Shown here piece by piece: positions 12,387-25,213 of a stretch of 64,000 bases of DNA. Both the position numbers and the translations under genes were made by a program. The DNA is from Leidyana gryllorum EB-2025a. Lineage: Eukaryota; Protista; Apicomplexa. Numbering within the stretch: the stretch's first letter is position 1; every line of letters begins with the position of its first letter. The notes below the pieces were generated by a model. That model made no database searches and was not told the DNA's origin. It saw only the letters and a program-made list of their open reading frames with translations. The stretch covers positions 96,482-160,481 of the forward strand of contig JBLWGC010000182.1 of NCBI GenBank assembly GCA_048772705.1, given 5' to 3'.

Positions 12387-13759
12387 CTATGTACGTGCTG
12401 CAGCGGCAGTGGTAATGTGAGAGAAGTGCTCTTGGAAGATTTCGCGGATGGGTCGATGAGTACCTGGTACTTGGTCACTGGCCTTTGGCGATTTCTTCCA
12501 AGATTCGTTACGCATGTCCCAGGTCCATCGGGGTGTAAAAGTTCGGGGGGTGGTCGACCCTCGGCGGGGTTCGGGTTCAGGATGGTCGCGATCGATGGAG
12601 AAGCATTGTACAGCAGCGGAGGAGGACTGGTCCTGCTCCTTCGTTGAATCGCTCCGATAAAAGTCCATGACGTCTGATTCAGCATTAGTCCATTTGAAGG
12701 CGGAGCTTATGGACTGTAGAAATCGCGGCGGCTTCTGGGACACAGGCCCTGGAGGATCGTACTGATCTTCGGCTTCAACCTGACGCCTCTGCCGAGCTGA
12801 AGTGGGGCGTAAGGAGTCCATTCAGATTGCCAGAAGCAGTGGCACAGTCAATGCACAAAGTGTCACATAACCCGAGATCTTAAAAGAGAGGGAGTCATAC
12901 TCACCTTCGTCGCGTAGTGCACGGATATTGACGATAAGATGTGCTTCGAGTCGATGTCTTTCCTTGATGGTGGGGAAGTTTACCACACATTTAGAGTGAC
13001 TGGGTGACAGAGTAAAGCGATCTCGTAGAAATGTGTCAAGTTGTTGGGGTGAAGGGACGTTTTCGTTGTCATCTTCGTCGTTCTCTTCGGCGGTAACGCT
13101 CAAGCGAGAGTTGAAATCGCTCGAAAGGAGTCCGAAGGTTGCCACTCTGGCATCGTCAGTCCGCCGTATCAGGGGGTAAATGGCGTCAGCTAAAGACCGA
13201 TCTTCAAAGACCTGCCCATAGTTGGAGAAGGTGAGTCGACTCGAACCCTTTTGCACTCACTGCTAAGGGGTAACCGCCTTCTTGGGGAGACGTGAGCCCA
13301 ACCGCAATGTGTCGTGGAGTGAGTGAAAGTACCGCCGCGCATTTGAGTGACTTTTGAGGGGCAATGGCTGTCTCGTTGAGGGCCCCCAGTACAGCAAGAT
13401 CTATCCCCAGCCAGCGACCAAACGATGAGACCCATCTGCGGACCCATCCAACGGGGAGCTCGGTCTTCTCAAATACTATAGATGTCGGAGAAAGGCACAG
13501 TCGCAAAGCCTTTGCGTTTAACAGGGCTGCAAAGAGTGTTGGCTGCCAGAACAGAACGCTTGTGTGGCGGTTTTGGGGGGGCATCCGTCTTACCACTAGG
13601 CGCTGTCACAGTGCTGGTCACTCCCTTGTTGGAAATAGGAGTGGAGCCTACCTTGGAGTCCTGTCGTCGGTTCAGCGTCGTAGCTCGCGGAAGATTGGCA
13701 GTCCATTCTTCTGCTAACATGTGACCTTTTTTGACGCTCGGCGGCCCTTCACTCTCCAT
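12387..13759 (-). CDS. Hypothetical multi-exon protein
   Basis: ORF fragments 13469-13759, 13204-13596, 12822-13256 and 12387-12821 join in frame through GT-AG introns 13651-13603, 13260-13212 and 12904-12797. Both ends are uncertain. Confidence 0.5.
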
Positions 13760-13934
13760 ACGTACAGGGTTAAATGCCCTCTTTATATCTATACCCTACG
13801 TGACCCGACCTGCTTGCGTGAGTGACTGGGTGGGGGGTCATGACTGATGTGTTGGTCGATCTGACGACCGTTATAGCATAGGCTTTTGTCTGTGTATGAG
13901 AGAACGAAGAAGCTGGGCACTACGAGCAAACTAT

Positions 13935-14717
13935 TCAAACAGTAATTAGCTTTATGCCTTCTTTCGTGACGGCTTTGGCAACGAAAGTGGATTGAGAGAT
14001 GAGGAAACGCTCCCGTAACTCGACCACACATTTCTGCAGCAACTGCACGGCCTCCTCAAAGGTCATATCCTGAGCATTAGGGAGCGGCGATCAATTTGAA
14101 GAGCTCCCGCGACTCACCGGTTTGTAGTATCTATCCAGAAGACCGCGAATGAAGTGACCGCCATAGCCATGAGCCGCGTGGCTACTCGGGCAGATAGTTC
14201 CGAACCAGTCCAGCCAGTACATTTTAGCAGTATTGTCAGCCTTGTCCCACCCGGCTAGAATGGTGTCCACCTGGTAGGGTCCCTGCCTCAGAGCCTCTGA
14301 CAACTCGGTTCTGTGGAGCAAGAGTGGAAACTGTCCAGTCAAGACACCAAGCCAGCTCACCTTGCAAAGTTAGCAGCAGCATGAGGTCTAATACTCTCAC
14401 CGTGGTTCCTCAACCGGTGAAGGTGGAGGTTCCGTTGGATGTATTCGCCAAAGGCGCACCGGTCAGCAGTCTCTCCCGCTGTGGCCAATAGTTTATCCCC
14501 ATCGATTTCGTATATTTTGTCTTGGTTCTTCTGCACAGAGAAGACAGAATGTGGGGTGAGGTGACGCAAATTAGGGGCAGGTGGACCACTCCACCGACCC
14601 CCCCGCCCAACACAAGGGAAGGAGGCTCACCTGGAGGCGAATGATAGAGTACTGAACGTAGGCGTCAGTCGCTACCAAAGCAAAATCCTTAGTGGAGATG
14701 CCGATGACAGTGTCCAT
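13935..14717 (-). CDS. PSMB2: 20S proteasome subunit beta type-2 (Pre1/beta4), 4 exons
   Basis: MDTVIGI, DKIYEID, GETADR..FGEYIQRNL, AAANFARTEL, PYQVDTILAG, AHGYGGHF..GLLDRYYKP, ELRERF. Confidence 0.95.
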
Positions 14718-14763
14718 GGTTATCTTCAAAGAAATTTGGAGTTAGGTAGCATGAATTAGAGCC

Positions 14764-16355
14764 ATGTCGGGGAGGACAGGAGCAACAAATAACGATGAGC
14801 CCTCTAAGGTCTCCACGCAGACTGGAAACTCCACTCCCACGGTCAACTCCAGCTTGAGCGGCTTTGCTCTGCCATCTAAGAAGCTGGTGAACAAGGGCAA
14901 TGAGGAGGATGCAATGGTGTATGAACGCATTGACCGGGTGGTCCCTAATCTCCGAGATATATCTATAAGTGCAGAAATGAAGGATATGAGAGCTGGTTTG
15001 CTGTATAGAAGCGCCCGACCCTTCAGCACAAGTTTCGTTGCGGTTTCTGAGGTCTATAAGGATCTATTGCGGATACACACCATCATCGACTTGCGCGATG
15101 ATGACCTCTCGGCTATACCCGAGGAGCTGACCTCGCGGGCCACTCTCAGTCACTTCTACGAACCTTTTAGCGTCACCGCCAGCCGCCCCAAAACACCGAC
15201 TCCCAAGGAGGTATCCTCCACCTCCGCTCCTCCCAGTCCTATTGGCACCCAGGAAGCTAAGCCTTCCCCATCAATTCATGATGTTCCTGACTCCTTCGAA
15301 GATCCACCGCCTCCTCGCAGCAAAACACACAATTTCATTGCAAAGACAGCTAACAAAGCACACCGCACAGTGTCGCACAAACCCCAAACCCTCGTTGATG
15401 CTCAAGGTTTTCCCGTTCGGGATTCATATGTGGCTAAAATCCGTTCCCGAAGGCCCGAATTGACGCCTGAAATTGTGCAGGAGCTCGTAACCGACCCTCA
15501 AATGCGCCCTGTTTGTGATCTCGTCGCCAATGTGGACCCCAATCTGCCTAGAATGCTCATCGTCAATATCTTCGAGTAGGTGTACACGATCGATGGCTAT
15601 GGACACAATGGTCTCTCTCTGTTCCTCCAGTACTCCAGAGTTCAAGAAAAGGGTAATGGAGACTGTCACTGCATCACCGTACCTGCCAATGATTGCTATG
15701 GCCAAGATGACAGACAAACTCACAGGGACAGCTTACGCTCCCTTCTACTTTTGTAAATACATCATCTCGGCCCACGATCTCTACGACTCTTACGTGCAGA
15801 TGCTTCAATGCTGTAAGTCTCGCAACTGCTTTGACTGGCGCAATCATTCGTTCTTACACCTCAATTGCTTCCTCCTGCCCCACCTCACTTCTCTCTCCGA
15901 TCTGTAGGTGGAACGAACTTTGCGCTAGCCATGAAGTTAGTGGCTCTGGCAACGCGTCCTGTGTTATTCCACTGTTCACTGGGCAAAGACCGAACCGGTC
16001 TCTTGTCAATGCTGATATTGTCAGTGTTGGGAGCACATCCCTCAGGGATCATCTTTGACTTCACATTAACATCGATGCAAGCCAACGAAGAATTCCGAGC
16101 ATACATACAAAAGTAAGCTATCTTCCAACATTGGTGTCGCACAAATGTTGTCTTGACAGATTTGTAGTGGAGTATTCTGGACTGCCAAAAGGCTTTGGGG
16201 ATGCATCGGTAGACGCTATAGGGCGCACTCTTGATTATCTGCGGAACACACACGGCTCAGTCACCAATTACTTGGATACCATCGGTTTTACGGCCCCCTG
16301 GAGAGCGTTGCTTCGCCGAAGATATCTTTCGACACCTTCCACAACGGGTTCTTAG
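14764..16355 (+). CDS. Tyrosine/lipid phosphatase, PtpB/LipA-like (Y_phosphatase3 family), 4 exons
   Basis: PNLRDI, LLYRSA, IHTIIDLR, P-loop PVLFHCSLGKDRTG, HGSVTNYLDTIG. Confidence 0.88.
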
Positions 16356-16374
16356 AAAGAAAGCATTGTTTTCC

Positions 16375-17167
16375 ATGACCATGTTGTGTGCTGTGGACGA
16401 AAACACCTTCTTCCTCTGTAACCCCCCCGCCGACCCCTGGGCAGAGATCGTCTGGCCAGCGGCCCTCAACATTCGATCGGTCCTCAGACTCAAGTGAGTT
16501 AGTTCACACTCTCTTCTGTCCATTAAGTTCTCTTCAATCAGGGACATCGCCCCTCCAGGAGCCCTAACTGAGGTACGTCCATCTATCGCCACTCAATTGA
16601 GTATCACTTATTGCCTCGCAGAGGTGAGAGAAAGCCTGCCTCGACATACTTTACAGAGCTTTGAATGACAGAAGATTGAATCAACTTGATAGCACACAGT
16701 TCCGATCAAGCCGACGCCAATGGCCACAGACTGCGAGAACACGAGGATGCCATAGTGCTCGACTGAGTCAAGCTGGTGCATTCAATGTCAGCGCGGAGAT
16801 GGACCGATCACCGATGTCGGCCGCTCCTTACCAGGTACAAGTGCGCGACATTGATGGGGGAGCCTCCCCGTCACCTTCTCCAGTATCGGAGGCGCAGTGA
16901 GTGTTGAGATGCACCGATCTTGTCACACACTGTCGTCCTTATAGGATCAGCGGGCGTTCGTCGGATCGCATCAGGGCTCTACAGGCTTCATTGGGAGGTG
17001 ATCTTCTAACTGCGCGTCATGGCAAAGCACCCCCAATGAGTGCCCCTTTTCTCGTGAGTCATCGGGTCGCATTTTCCTACCTTGGTTCTTAGCAATCTGG
17101 AGCTCTAACTGTCGGCTCAGCCGAGAACTTAAATGCATCTCTCAGTCCGTTGGCCCTGGTCGGATAA
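16375..17167 (+). CDS. Hypothetical multi-exon protein; N-terminus weakly resembles Siw14/Oca-type phosphatase folds
   Basis: Several canonical introns link ORF fragments 16231-16497, 16661-16900 and 16901-17092. One junction near 16621-16630 is unresolved. Confidence 0.4.
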
Positions 17168-17271
17168 CTTCGTCATTAGTATGACATTTGACCGATCACA
17201 AAAGCTCTAGCTGTGTTACCTGTGTTCGACCGAAACTGTTTCATTGACAAAAAGTAGAGCTGCCCTTCGAA

Positions 17272-20029
17272 ATGGCAGGAACAGGTCAACTTGAACCCAT
17301 CGATACTCAAAGTTTGATAGGCCTGGCTGAGTTCCGACGCGGATTCGAACACTTTATCCTCACCTTCACACTCAATGGTCAGTTCATTCTAGATGGCACA
17401 CTCCGAGACACGCATGTGTTCCAGGCACCAACTATGTGTACAAGGATCAGGTTCGAGCCCTATGCGTGCAGCCTTTCCTGGCTTATATGACTGATGATGA
17501 TTTGACGGGTGAAGAAGCGGCCAATAATTTGAATGACGAAGACCCTGGCGAAGAACAGAAGATGATATTGAGTGTGAACACAGAACACTTTAAAATGCGA
17601 CATTGGGTACCTGGAAGCATAGATCAGTCCGGCGGAGCGGGTGGGCCTTCACAAGCGGCCCAAAGCGGTCGTCCTCAATATCACAATTGGAATCCTAATG
17701 ATCTGGCCGATCTACAACGCTGTTGTTTAGGGCTTTATGATGCCATGACTTTGCTTCCGTTTAAGTACCTGCCCATTGCTGAAATAGTTGTCAGGGACGT
17801 CTATGTCCTCTTGGAATATGCCAGTCGTCCTATGTTGCAGATCGGGACACAAGAGATCAGCTCGTCTGATCTTTTGGAAGAAACTTTCCTTCACGGTGTC
17901 GAGCGGGTCATCGGTGTCATTCCTGGTGCTGCCGCGCTCCGGTCTCGGTTGTTACCCTTTCAAGTTGGATTGCTCCACAGAGAGAGCCCAGTGCCAATCC
18001 GGAAGCTTAAGTCCACATCGATTGAGAGACTGGTAGTGATTCCGGGCATTGTCATCCAAGCAACGAGGCCATATCTCAAAGCTGTGACATTGGTGATCCA
18101 ATGTAAGGATTGTGGCAATAGGAAAGTGCTCCGCGTACCTCCATGGAAGCAAGGTACTGCACTGCCACGAAACTGCGACGGCGGTAGCTCCGCACCTGGG
18201 GGCACCGGAGGAGGAGGGCCCGGCGAAAGCACTGAGCGATGCAGTATGGATCCGTATCAAGTGATAGCCGAGGAATGCAAGTATATCGACGTACAAACCT
18301 TGAAGATGCAGGAACTCCCCGACGATGTTCCTACTGGAGACATTCCACGTCATCTTCAGCTGAATGCAACAAGTGCCCTTGTCAACAAAGCCACAGCTGG
18401 AAGTCGAGTGCTTGTATGTGGAGTCTATAGTGCTTTCGACGGTGGAGCTGCCAGAGGTGGCAACCGAGGGACAAACACCATAGAGTCTGCTGTGCGGTCT
18501 GGATATCTTCATGTATTGGGAATGGAGCATATTACTCGGGAGATGGTTTCTAATGTATACGATGTGGTTGGCGGAGGAGTTCCACGCAGTTTCGTAATGT
18601 CGAGTGGCGCGGGTTTTTCTGCTGCCGAAGTAGAATTGTTCCACCGCATGGCAGCTATGCCGGACATCATAGATCAGATTTCGGCCTCCATTGCTCCTAG
18701 TATTTATGGTGTCCCAGATATCAAGCGGTCAGTAGCCTGCATGCTGTTTGGTGGTTCCCGTAAGTATCTGGCCGATGGAAGCAGCCTGAGGGGAGACATT
18801 CACTTGCTGTTACTGGGTGATCCATCAACAGCGAAGAGTCAAGTACTCAAGTTTGTTGAGCGTGCAGCACCCATCGCAGTATATACGAGTGGCAAGGGCA
18901 GCAGTGCAGCTGGACTTACGGCCGCGTTGGTGCGAGATAACAGCGGGAATTATGCTTTGGAGGGCGGAGCAATGGTGTTGGCAGACGGTGGGGTGGTATG
19001 CATTGACGAGTTTGACAAGATGCGAGATGACGATCGTGTTGCGATCCATGAAGCCATGGAGCAGCAGACCATTTCCATCGCCAAGGCAGGTGAGAAGAAA
19101 GCTGTGATTGAATCCGTTGGTACCTGCCGCCCCCGTCAGGAATCAATACTGTGTTGACAACCCAATGCGCTGTGGTGGCGGCAGCCAACCCGACCTTTGG
19201 ATGCTATGACGATACCAAAGATGCTTCTGAGCAACATAACTTCGAGGCGACCATTCTGTCCAGGTGAGATTGTCTGGTCTCTGCGTCTCGTTATGGCAGT
19301 GTTCAGGTTTGATTGCATTTGGTTAGTTAGAGACGAACGAGACGTGGAGAAAGACCGCGTTTTGGCTCAACATATCTTCTCATTGTACACAGTATGTGAC
19401 TGGGTGTCGGTAGCTGCCTGCCTCAAATGGGGTGTCTCTTCTTCTTGCAGGGAGCTAAGGGCGCCGGGAGCAGTCTCGGTGAAGGGCCGATCCCTCTGAA
19501 GACTTTGCGAGCTTATCTCTCGTATTGCAGAGCACATTGTCACCCGCGATTATCCACGGAAGCAGCCAAGCGGTTGGAGAACTTTTATGTTGAAGTGAGA
19601 GAGAAGTGCCGGGTGGATCGGCGGAGTAAGAGGGATCAGATTCCTATTACTGTGCGGCAGCTTGAGAGTTTGGCCCGGCTGAGCGAATCATTTGCCAAGA
19701 TGACAATGAGTCCCCAGGCTACACTGGCTCATGTCGAGGAAGCTATCCGACTGTTCCGTGTGTCTACAGTGGCAACGAGTCAGACCACCATGGGTCAACA
19801 AGTTCTCACACCGGAGGATGTGGAGAGAGTGAAAAGCTGCGAGGAGGCCCTGTTGCAGCGTTTGCCCATTGGCGGACGGGCTGCGAAGACTACAATAGTG
19901 CGGGACTTGAGGATGCGCGGGTTCGAAGGCGGAGTGATTGCGAAGGCCCTGGCGATATTGATACAGCGGGGTACTTTGGAGGAGCGTGGCGATGCGACCG
20001 TTAGACGAGTGCAGATGGGAAGGATGTAG
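17272..20029 (+). CDS. MCM5: DNA replication licensing factor MCM5 (multi-exon)
   Basis: VPTGDIPRH, RGDIHLLLLGDPSTAKSQ (MCM5-type Walker A), TSGKGSSAAGLTA, IDEFDKMRDDDRVAIHEAMEQQTISIAKAG, SRFD, IPITVRQLE. Confidence 0.97.
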
Positions 20030-20047
20030 TCAAAAAAATCAGTGGGA

Positions 20048-21061
20048 ATGGAGCCAATTCCGTCAGTTCTGGCAGCACTCAGCGAAGGACGCAGCTTTCG
20101 ACCTCTTGAGGCCAGCAAGGGAGTTCGCAAGACACCGTTTACAAAGGACGGCGAGCGCGATGGTGGTAGACGACTGGAGGAGATCCCTCCGTTGTTCTTT
20201 TGTCTGGGACCCCACCAGTCCCATTCATCAGGGTCTGCCCTTTTCTCCATTGGAGACACGAGAGTCTCGGCCTCGATTTCTGGCCCATCACCCCGAGTTC
20301 TGCAGCAACAGCATACCAGAAACCCCGGAGGCGCTGTCAAGTCTTTTCACCAAAGTTTGGCTTCCAGTTTCCTGAACTCCGTGTCAGCAACGGCTGCCTC
20401 GCGCGTTGATGCCTCTTTGGAACTCAATATTGAGTTTGCCCCCTTCGCAGGGGCCTCGAAAGACCTCCACTCCCAACGGAGTGAGTTGCCTAACTTTATA
20501 TCAGCGTCTTTGCAAGCTGTGACCGGAGACTATGACGAACAAGTGAACGAGAAACAGGAGAACCGGGCGTTGGCAGAAGCCATTATGGAGACACTGCGGT
20601 CGACGATTCGCACCAACGCGTATCCAGACACAACTATTGAGATCAACGTGATGGTTTTGAAGAGGACCACAACCGGTAGTCTGTATGCCACAATCATCAA
20701 CGCCATCTCTCTGGCACTGATGGAAGCTCGAGTAGCAATGAATGACGTATTGGCAGCGTCGGTTGCGTATGCGGTGTCTCTCCCCGGGGACTTGAGGCCA
20801 CGGGTGTGTTTGCACTTGGAAGACAATGAATTGGAGGCAGCTGCACAAGGGCACGCAAAAATCACCCATGTTGCACTGGGCCTTCTGACTAATCGTCGTC
20901 TAGTTGCATACTTGGATATGGTGGGTGTGGACTTCAAGGACCCAATAGATCAGGAGCTGCTGCAAATGGCTGAGAGCTCCTGTATAGCCATCGGGAGAGA
21001 ACTCGGACGATGCATCGAAGCAGCTGACGCTTCTTCACCGTCCACCAAGGACAGGATATAA
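20048..21061 (+). CDS. RNA exosome RNase PH-like subunit (Mtr3/Rrp41 group)
   Basis: GSALFSIGDTRVSASISGP, IEFAPFA, YPDTTIEINVMVL, IINAISLALMEARVAMND. The DGG motif is absent, which favours Mtr3-like. Confidence 0.85.
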   Translation: MEPIPSVLAALSEGRSFRPLEASKGVRKTPFTKDGERDGGRRLEEIPPLFFCLGPHQSHSSGSALFSIGDTRVSASISGPSPRVLQQQHTRNPGGAVKSFHQSLASSFLNSVSATAASRVDASLELNIEFAPFAGASKDLHSQRSELPNFISASLQAVTGDYDEQVNEKQENRALAEAIMETLRSTIRTNAYPDTTIEINVMVLKRTTTGSLYATIINAISLALMEARVAMNDVLAASVAYAVSLPGDLRPRVCLHLEDNELEAAAQGHAKITHVALGLLTNRRLVAYLDMVGVDFKDPIDQELLQMAESSCIAIGRELGRCIEAADASSPSTKDRI

Positions 21062-21109
21062 AAGGGAGGGGCGGCGCGAGCTGCTGATTTATAGTCAGTA
21101 GTCTGTCAA

Positions 21110-23986
21110 TCAATCTGTCGAGTCGTCCATATCGTATTCAATTTCGAAGGTCCGCATAATTCCATCACTGCCAGCTGACAGTATGATGTTGTTGAAAAGA
21201 AACCTGCGGGTGCGCCGACGATCAGAAGAAGACTTTATCGGAATACTTACTTTACAAAAGCTACGGAGCCGGAGTGGAGGTCTTTGACCGAAATAGACTT
21301 GTAGGTGTTCTCAATATCCCACACATAAATCTCATTGGTGGACGCCGAGACCAACTTGGTCCCATCTGGAGACCAGTTGAGCGCGGCCACACGAGTTGAA
21401 TGGTAATTCCATTCATTCATTATTGCAAACTGTGGAAAGTGGTCGTCGAAGTTGAGACATCTATTACCTGACGTGTTTCGACCTCCAACACCTGAACATT
21501 CCGAGAGAGGTCTACGCAAGCCAATAAGCTTCCTTCCTGGTTCAGCGAAAGAGCAGTAATTTCGGATTGATGATGATCCAACACGCAAATGAACCGGAAA
21601 CCATCCAGATCACTAGCCGAGTCGATCTCATAGAGTTCTGCAACAGACAATCAGCCGGAAACCTTCCAAAGCTTTCAAACCCACCAATCAAGGGTTTCGT
21701 TGTATCAACACCTTGTTCATTTTCCTCGCCTCCAGAACCGCCTTCGTTGGCATCCCCAAACTTGCTCGTGGGGTACTCCTCACAAGGCCATAAGGCCACA
21801 GCCAACAATGATCCGTCCGGAGTAGCCGTTACACATGTTGGCTTGCCCAGAAGGACGACGGTCCATTCCGAGGTAAAGTCATCTTGGGCGATCCCGCCCG
21901 ACCCGGCCTCAAGAGCTGCACACACACACACACACAGTGGCGCAGACGTCCGGGTTTGAGCGGCCCACCTTTCTCCACAGAATACACCGAGAGAGTGCCA
22001 TCAACACAGAAGAGAGCGATGTACCGTCCTTCGTCGAGGAACACCAACCTGAGAGGCACTTTCTCAACCTGACTTGTAGCCGCCAGAACAAACTCCTGCC
22101 GTGTCTATCGAGAGATGAGGGCGGTTGTTTCTTTGTTTTCGTTTCCGTTGACTTACTGCAGAAGTATAGACGGCAGCTGCATTATTGGATTGATTCTCCA
22201 AATTCCGTCGTACTCGATCCTTCATGTCCCCCGACTTGATCTGCAAGATGAGGCAGGTCTCGATCGATCGAGGAACGACCTCTCACATTGGTTGTTTTGA
22301 CGCTGTATATCCGTAAGCACCCATCCGCAGTTACGGCCGCAGCACATTTCTCGCTCAAGATGCACGACTTGACAGTGACATCTTTATCCATTCGACTGAC
22401 CTGGAAGGCCGAGGGTACTAGTTTTTGGCAGTTGTCAGAGCGAATCAGTCAACATTCTGTTACTCACCAGTTTGAGTTGTTGAAAGGAACATAACGAAGC
22501 CGAGGGTGGTGCCAACCATCAGATTTCCAGTCGACTGATCAAAGTCGACCGCTGAGGGAGCACCGCGCGGCCCAAACCAGGTAAAATCTGCTTCAGGTTG
22601 AAGCTTTGGGACGATGGAGGTGACTGTTGGTGATATGGGGGTCACCGGTACCTCTGCATCTTCTTTCCCGCCATCGTCGGTATCTTGCACAGATAGGGAA
22701 TGCACAAAGTCATGTAGACCTTCCTCTAATTGCAGCAACTCCGCCTTCTCCGAGGTTGCTGGCTTCGTTCCTTTGGGCTCTTCCAACTTCCACCCCTTCA
22801 AGTGGCCTCCAGCGCAAACGATAACGATCCAATGACGAAGCGACCAGCAGATGCCTTTCTACACAAAACGTTTCCGGCGACCAGTCACAGTCGCTCCTCA
22901 CTGGCAGATCATCGGGGCCTTGGCCACACTGTATGGTTTGGAGCACATCGAGATCCTCTCGCTTGAATATCCGAATTACGCCATCATTGCTGACTGTTGC
23001 CACATACGCAGAGGCTGGGTCCCAGGCCAAGTCGAAGAGGAGTGGCGTGCCTTCCACTGTAGTACACCTGGTGAGTCACACAAGTTGCCATTGCCATTGC
23101 CAAATAGAGAGTTGGGTGGGCTTACGCCAAGTTCTCAACTGTATCTGCGTGCCAGATGGCGAGATTTCCCTTCACCGTGCAGGTTGCGATGTAGTCGCCG
23201 CATGGGGAATATCGTGCAGCAGTTATAGCTTCGTCGTGAGCCTCGTGGGTTGAGGTCAGTTTGAAAGGGGGACCATCATGTAGGCATAAAAGTCCGTCCA
23301 TCCCGACGGTCATTACTGTAAAGGGTTTCTTGGGCCGGAATTGGACTCCCTGGATTCCTTTGGTATGGCCGGTTATCTGGCCGACCGCCATTCCGCCGTC
23401 GAGCAGAATGATCGACGCCAATCTGTTGTTGAAGGGAGTAGTAAGTAGTTCGGGAGGTCCGTCTTTGTGTTGGAGTCCTACTTTTTCGAGTATCTGTCGA
23501 CGCCGACTATCGCAATCCGCCGGGAGTCCGGGCTGATGGCGACATCAGTCAATCTGACATATTGGAGACGGTCCAGTTTGTAGGTCTCAAAGGTGGTTCC
23601 AGACCGCCCGATCATCCACACGTAGCAGTTTCCATCATTATCTATAGCGGCGACGAGTATGGCGGAGTGAGGGCGTGCCCCAATGTGTCTCACCTCCAGC
23701 AACGATAGCTTTGTTGTTGGGCGCGATAGTAGCACAGGTCACCTGCTCGCGTGTACACACAGTCAGTCTGTGCGGAAGAATAGCTTACAGGACGCTTGGT
23801 GCCCACATATGTTTCCACGGGTTGGTATATGAAGGAAGTTTGGTCAGGCAAACATCTGACTACCACTCCGTTTCCACTGCCGTATGCAACTCGCTGTCCA
23901 CTGGTGGAGCAGGTGTATAGATGTAAAGGATACTTGGCGTCTAGATGAGGTTGGGGTGGGATGGCACCAATCAGTTGAGCACTCAT
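21110..23986 (-). CDS. AIP1: Actin-interacting protein 1 (AIP1/WDR1), WD40 repeats, many exons
   Basis: GHTKGIQGVQFRPKKPFTVMTVGMDG..LHDGPPFK, YSPCGDYIAT, WNYHSTRVAALNWSPDG, LSAGSDG; stop TGA at 21110. Confidence 0.88.
21919..21936. repeat. (CA)9 microsatellite
   Basis: Read directly; abuts a probable AIP1 splice acceptor. Confidence 0.85.
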
Positions 23987-24010
23987 GATATGGCAGAAAC
24001 GAAAAAGGAT

Positions 24011-25205
24011 CTAGATTGCAGGATTCTTCCGTCCTTCTCGTTCAGCTTGCCACTGGTGCAAGTTCCTAGCTGCTTGAACACCACCTGAGGTGACTAAGTG
24101 CGCGTTTATTTCCGTTTCCTTGACGCTACCAGGCGAAATCAACGGAGGAGCTCGGAATCCACCTACCTTCCCAAGCTGCTGTAACCTCGATTATACAACT
24201 CGCAATAGGGCAGGTTAAATTTGGTTAGGAAATCCCATATCATGCCTGGCGAGACTTTGTTGTCACTTTGCTGTCACTTACCATACGACCAGTGAAGCAC
24301 TGGATGTATCCGCATAAAGCTGGCTGGCAATACCCATGTACTGGAAGGCTCAAAGGTTTCTACACCCTCGGAATTCGGGTCTCCTTGACGTAAACCTGTT
24401 ATTATAGGACAATGTGGTGGAGGCCGTCGCTCAGCTTCGCGTACCAATTAGAAAGGCAACATGTGAAGGAGTACCGCACGGGTCTTTCCGCTGTAATTCC
24501 TCTATACACGGAACTATTTGTTCACGGTAAGAACCAATGTGTGTACTGCCGCGAGTGAGACGGGTGGCCCTTAGCGCCACCAAAGATGCCTCCCTCACCT
24601 TAGGTCGAGGTCGTTGTCACCCGTCTGCTCCTGGATAAAAGAGACGACCTCGGGAAAGTCGTGGCCCTCCTGAGAAAAGTAGACAGCACGGGGACGTTCA
24701 AAGGCTTGGTTCGCCTCTGATGACTGACGATACGTATTAGCCAGGCAGGCCAGATAAAGGAAAAGAACCACTGTTGCATCCTTCCCGCCGTTGAAAGAAG
24801 CCGCAAGCCGAGTGGGTCCATACAGTCTATTGCAGAGAAATAGCCATCAAAGTGCTGAGACAGACTCACCGCAAAGCACCTTCTATACTGTCCAGTGACT
24901 TCCCGAGCAACCGGTGGTCGAGATATGGAAATGCCTCCTTGTCTGCCTCTGACAGTCCATTCTTCGCTACGTCCTTCAGCCCATCATATAAGGCGAGGGA
25001 CTTATAGAAGGCAGACGCTTCCCAGACAGGCGACCCTACGATGGTGGCATTGCTCCAAACAAAGTGCTTCTCGTGACTTTACTGTACCTCCCGTGGTCAC
25101 TGGACACGTTTGCATTGACACATTGAACCTCTCTACCAGCCGAGGAACAGCCACAGCGGGGGTCATTGAGGTTATAGCCCAAGAAAGAAGAAAAGTTTGA
25201 AGCAT
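24011..25205 (-). CDS. FAD1: FAD synthase (FMN adenylyltransferase, PAPS-reductase family), ~7 exons
   Basis: Manual splicing gives ALRLYGPTRLAASFNGGKDATVV, DFPEVVSF, AFLIGLRQGDP, FMRIHPVLHWSYGMIWDFL, LPYCELYNRGYSSLG and ER.GR; stop TAG 24011. The start codon is uncertain. Confidence 0.9.
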
Positions 25206-25213
25206 ATCTGATA

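Noticed and set aside
12819-12824. In-frame TGA directly followed by ATG between two minus-strand ORFs (possible readthrough or selenocysteine)
   Set aside because: A canonical 108-nt intron 12904-12797 removes the stop and keeps the frame.
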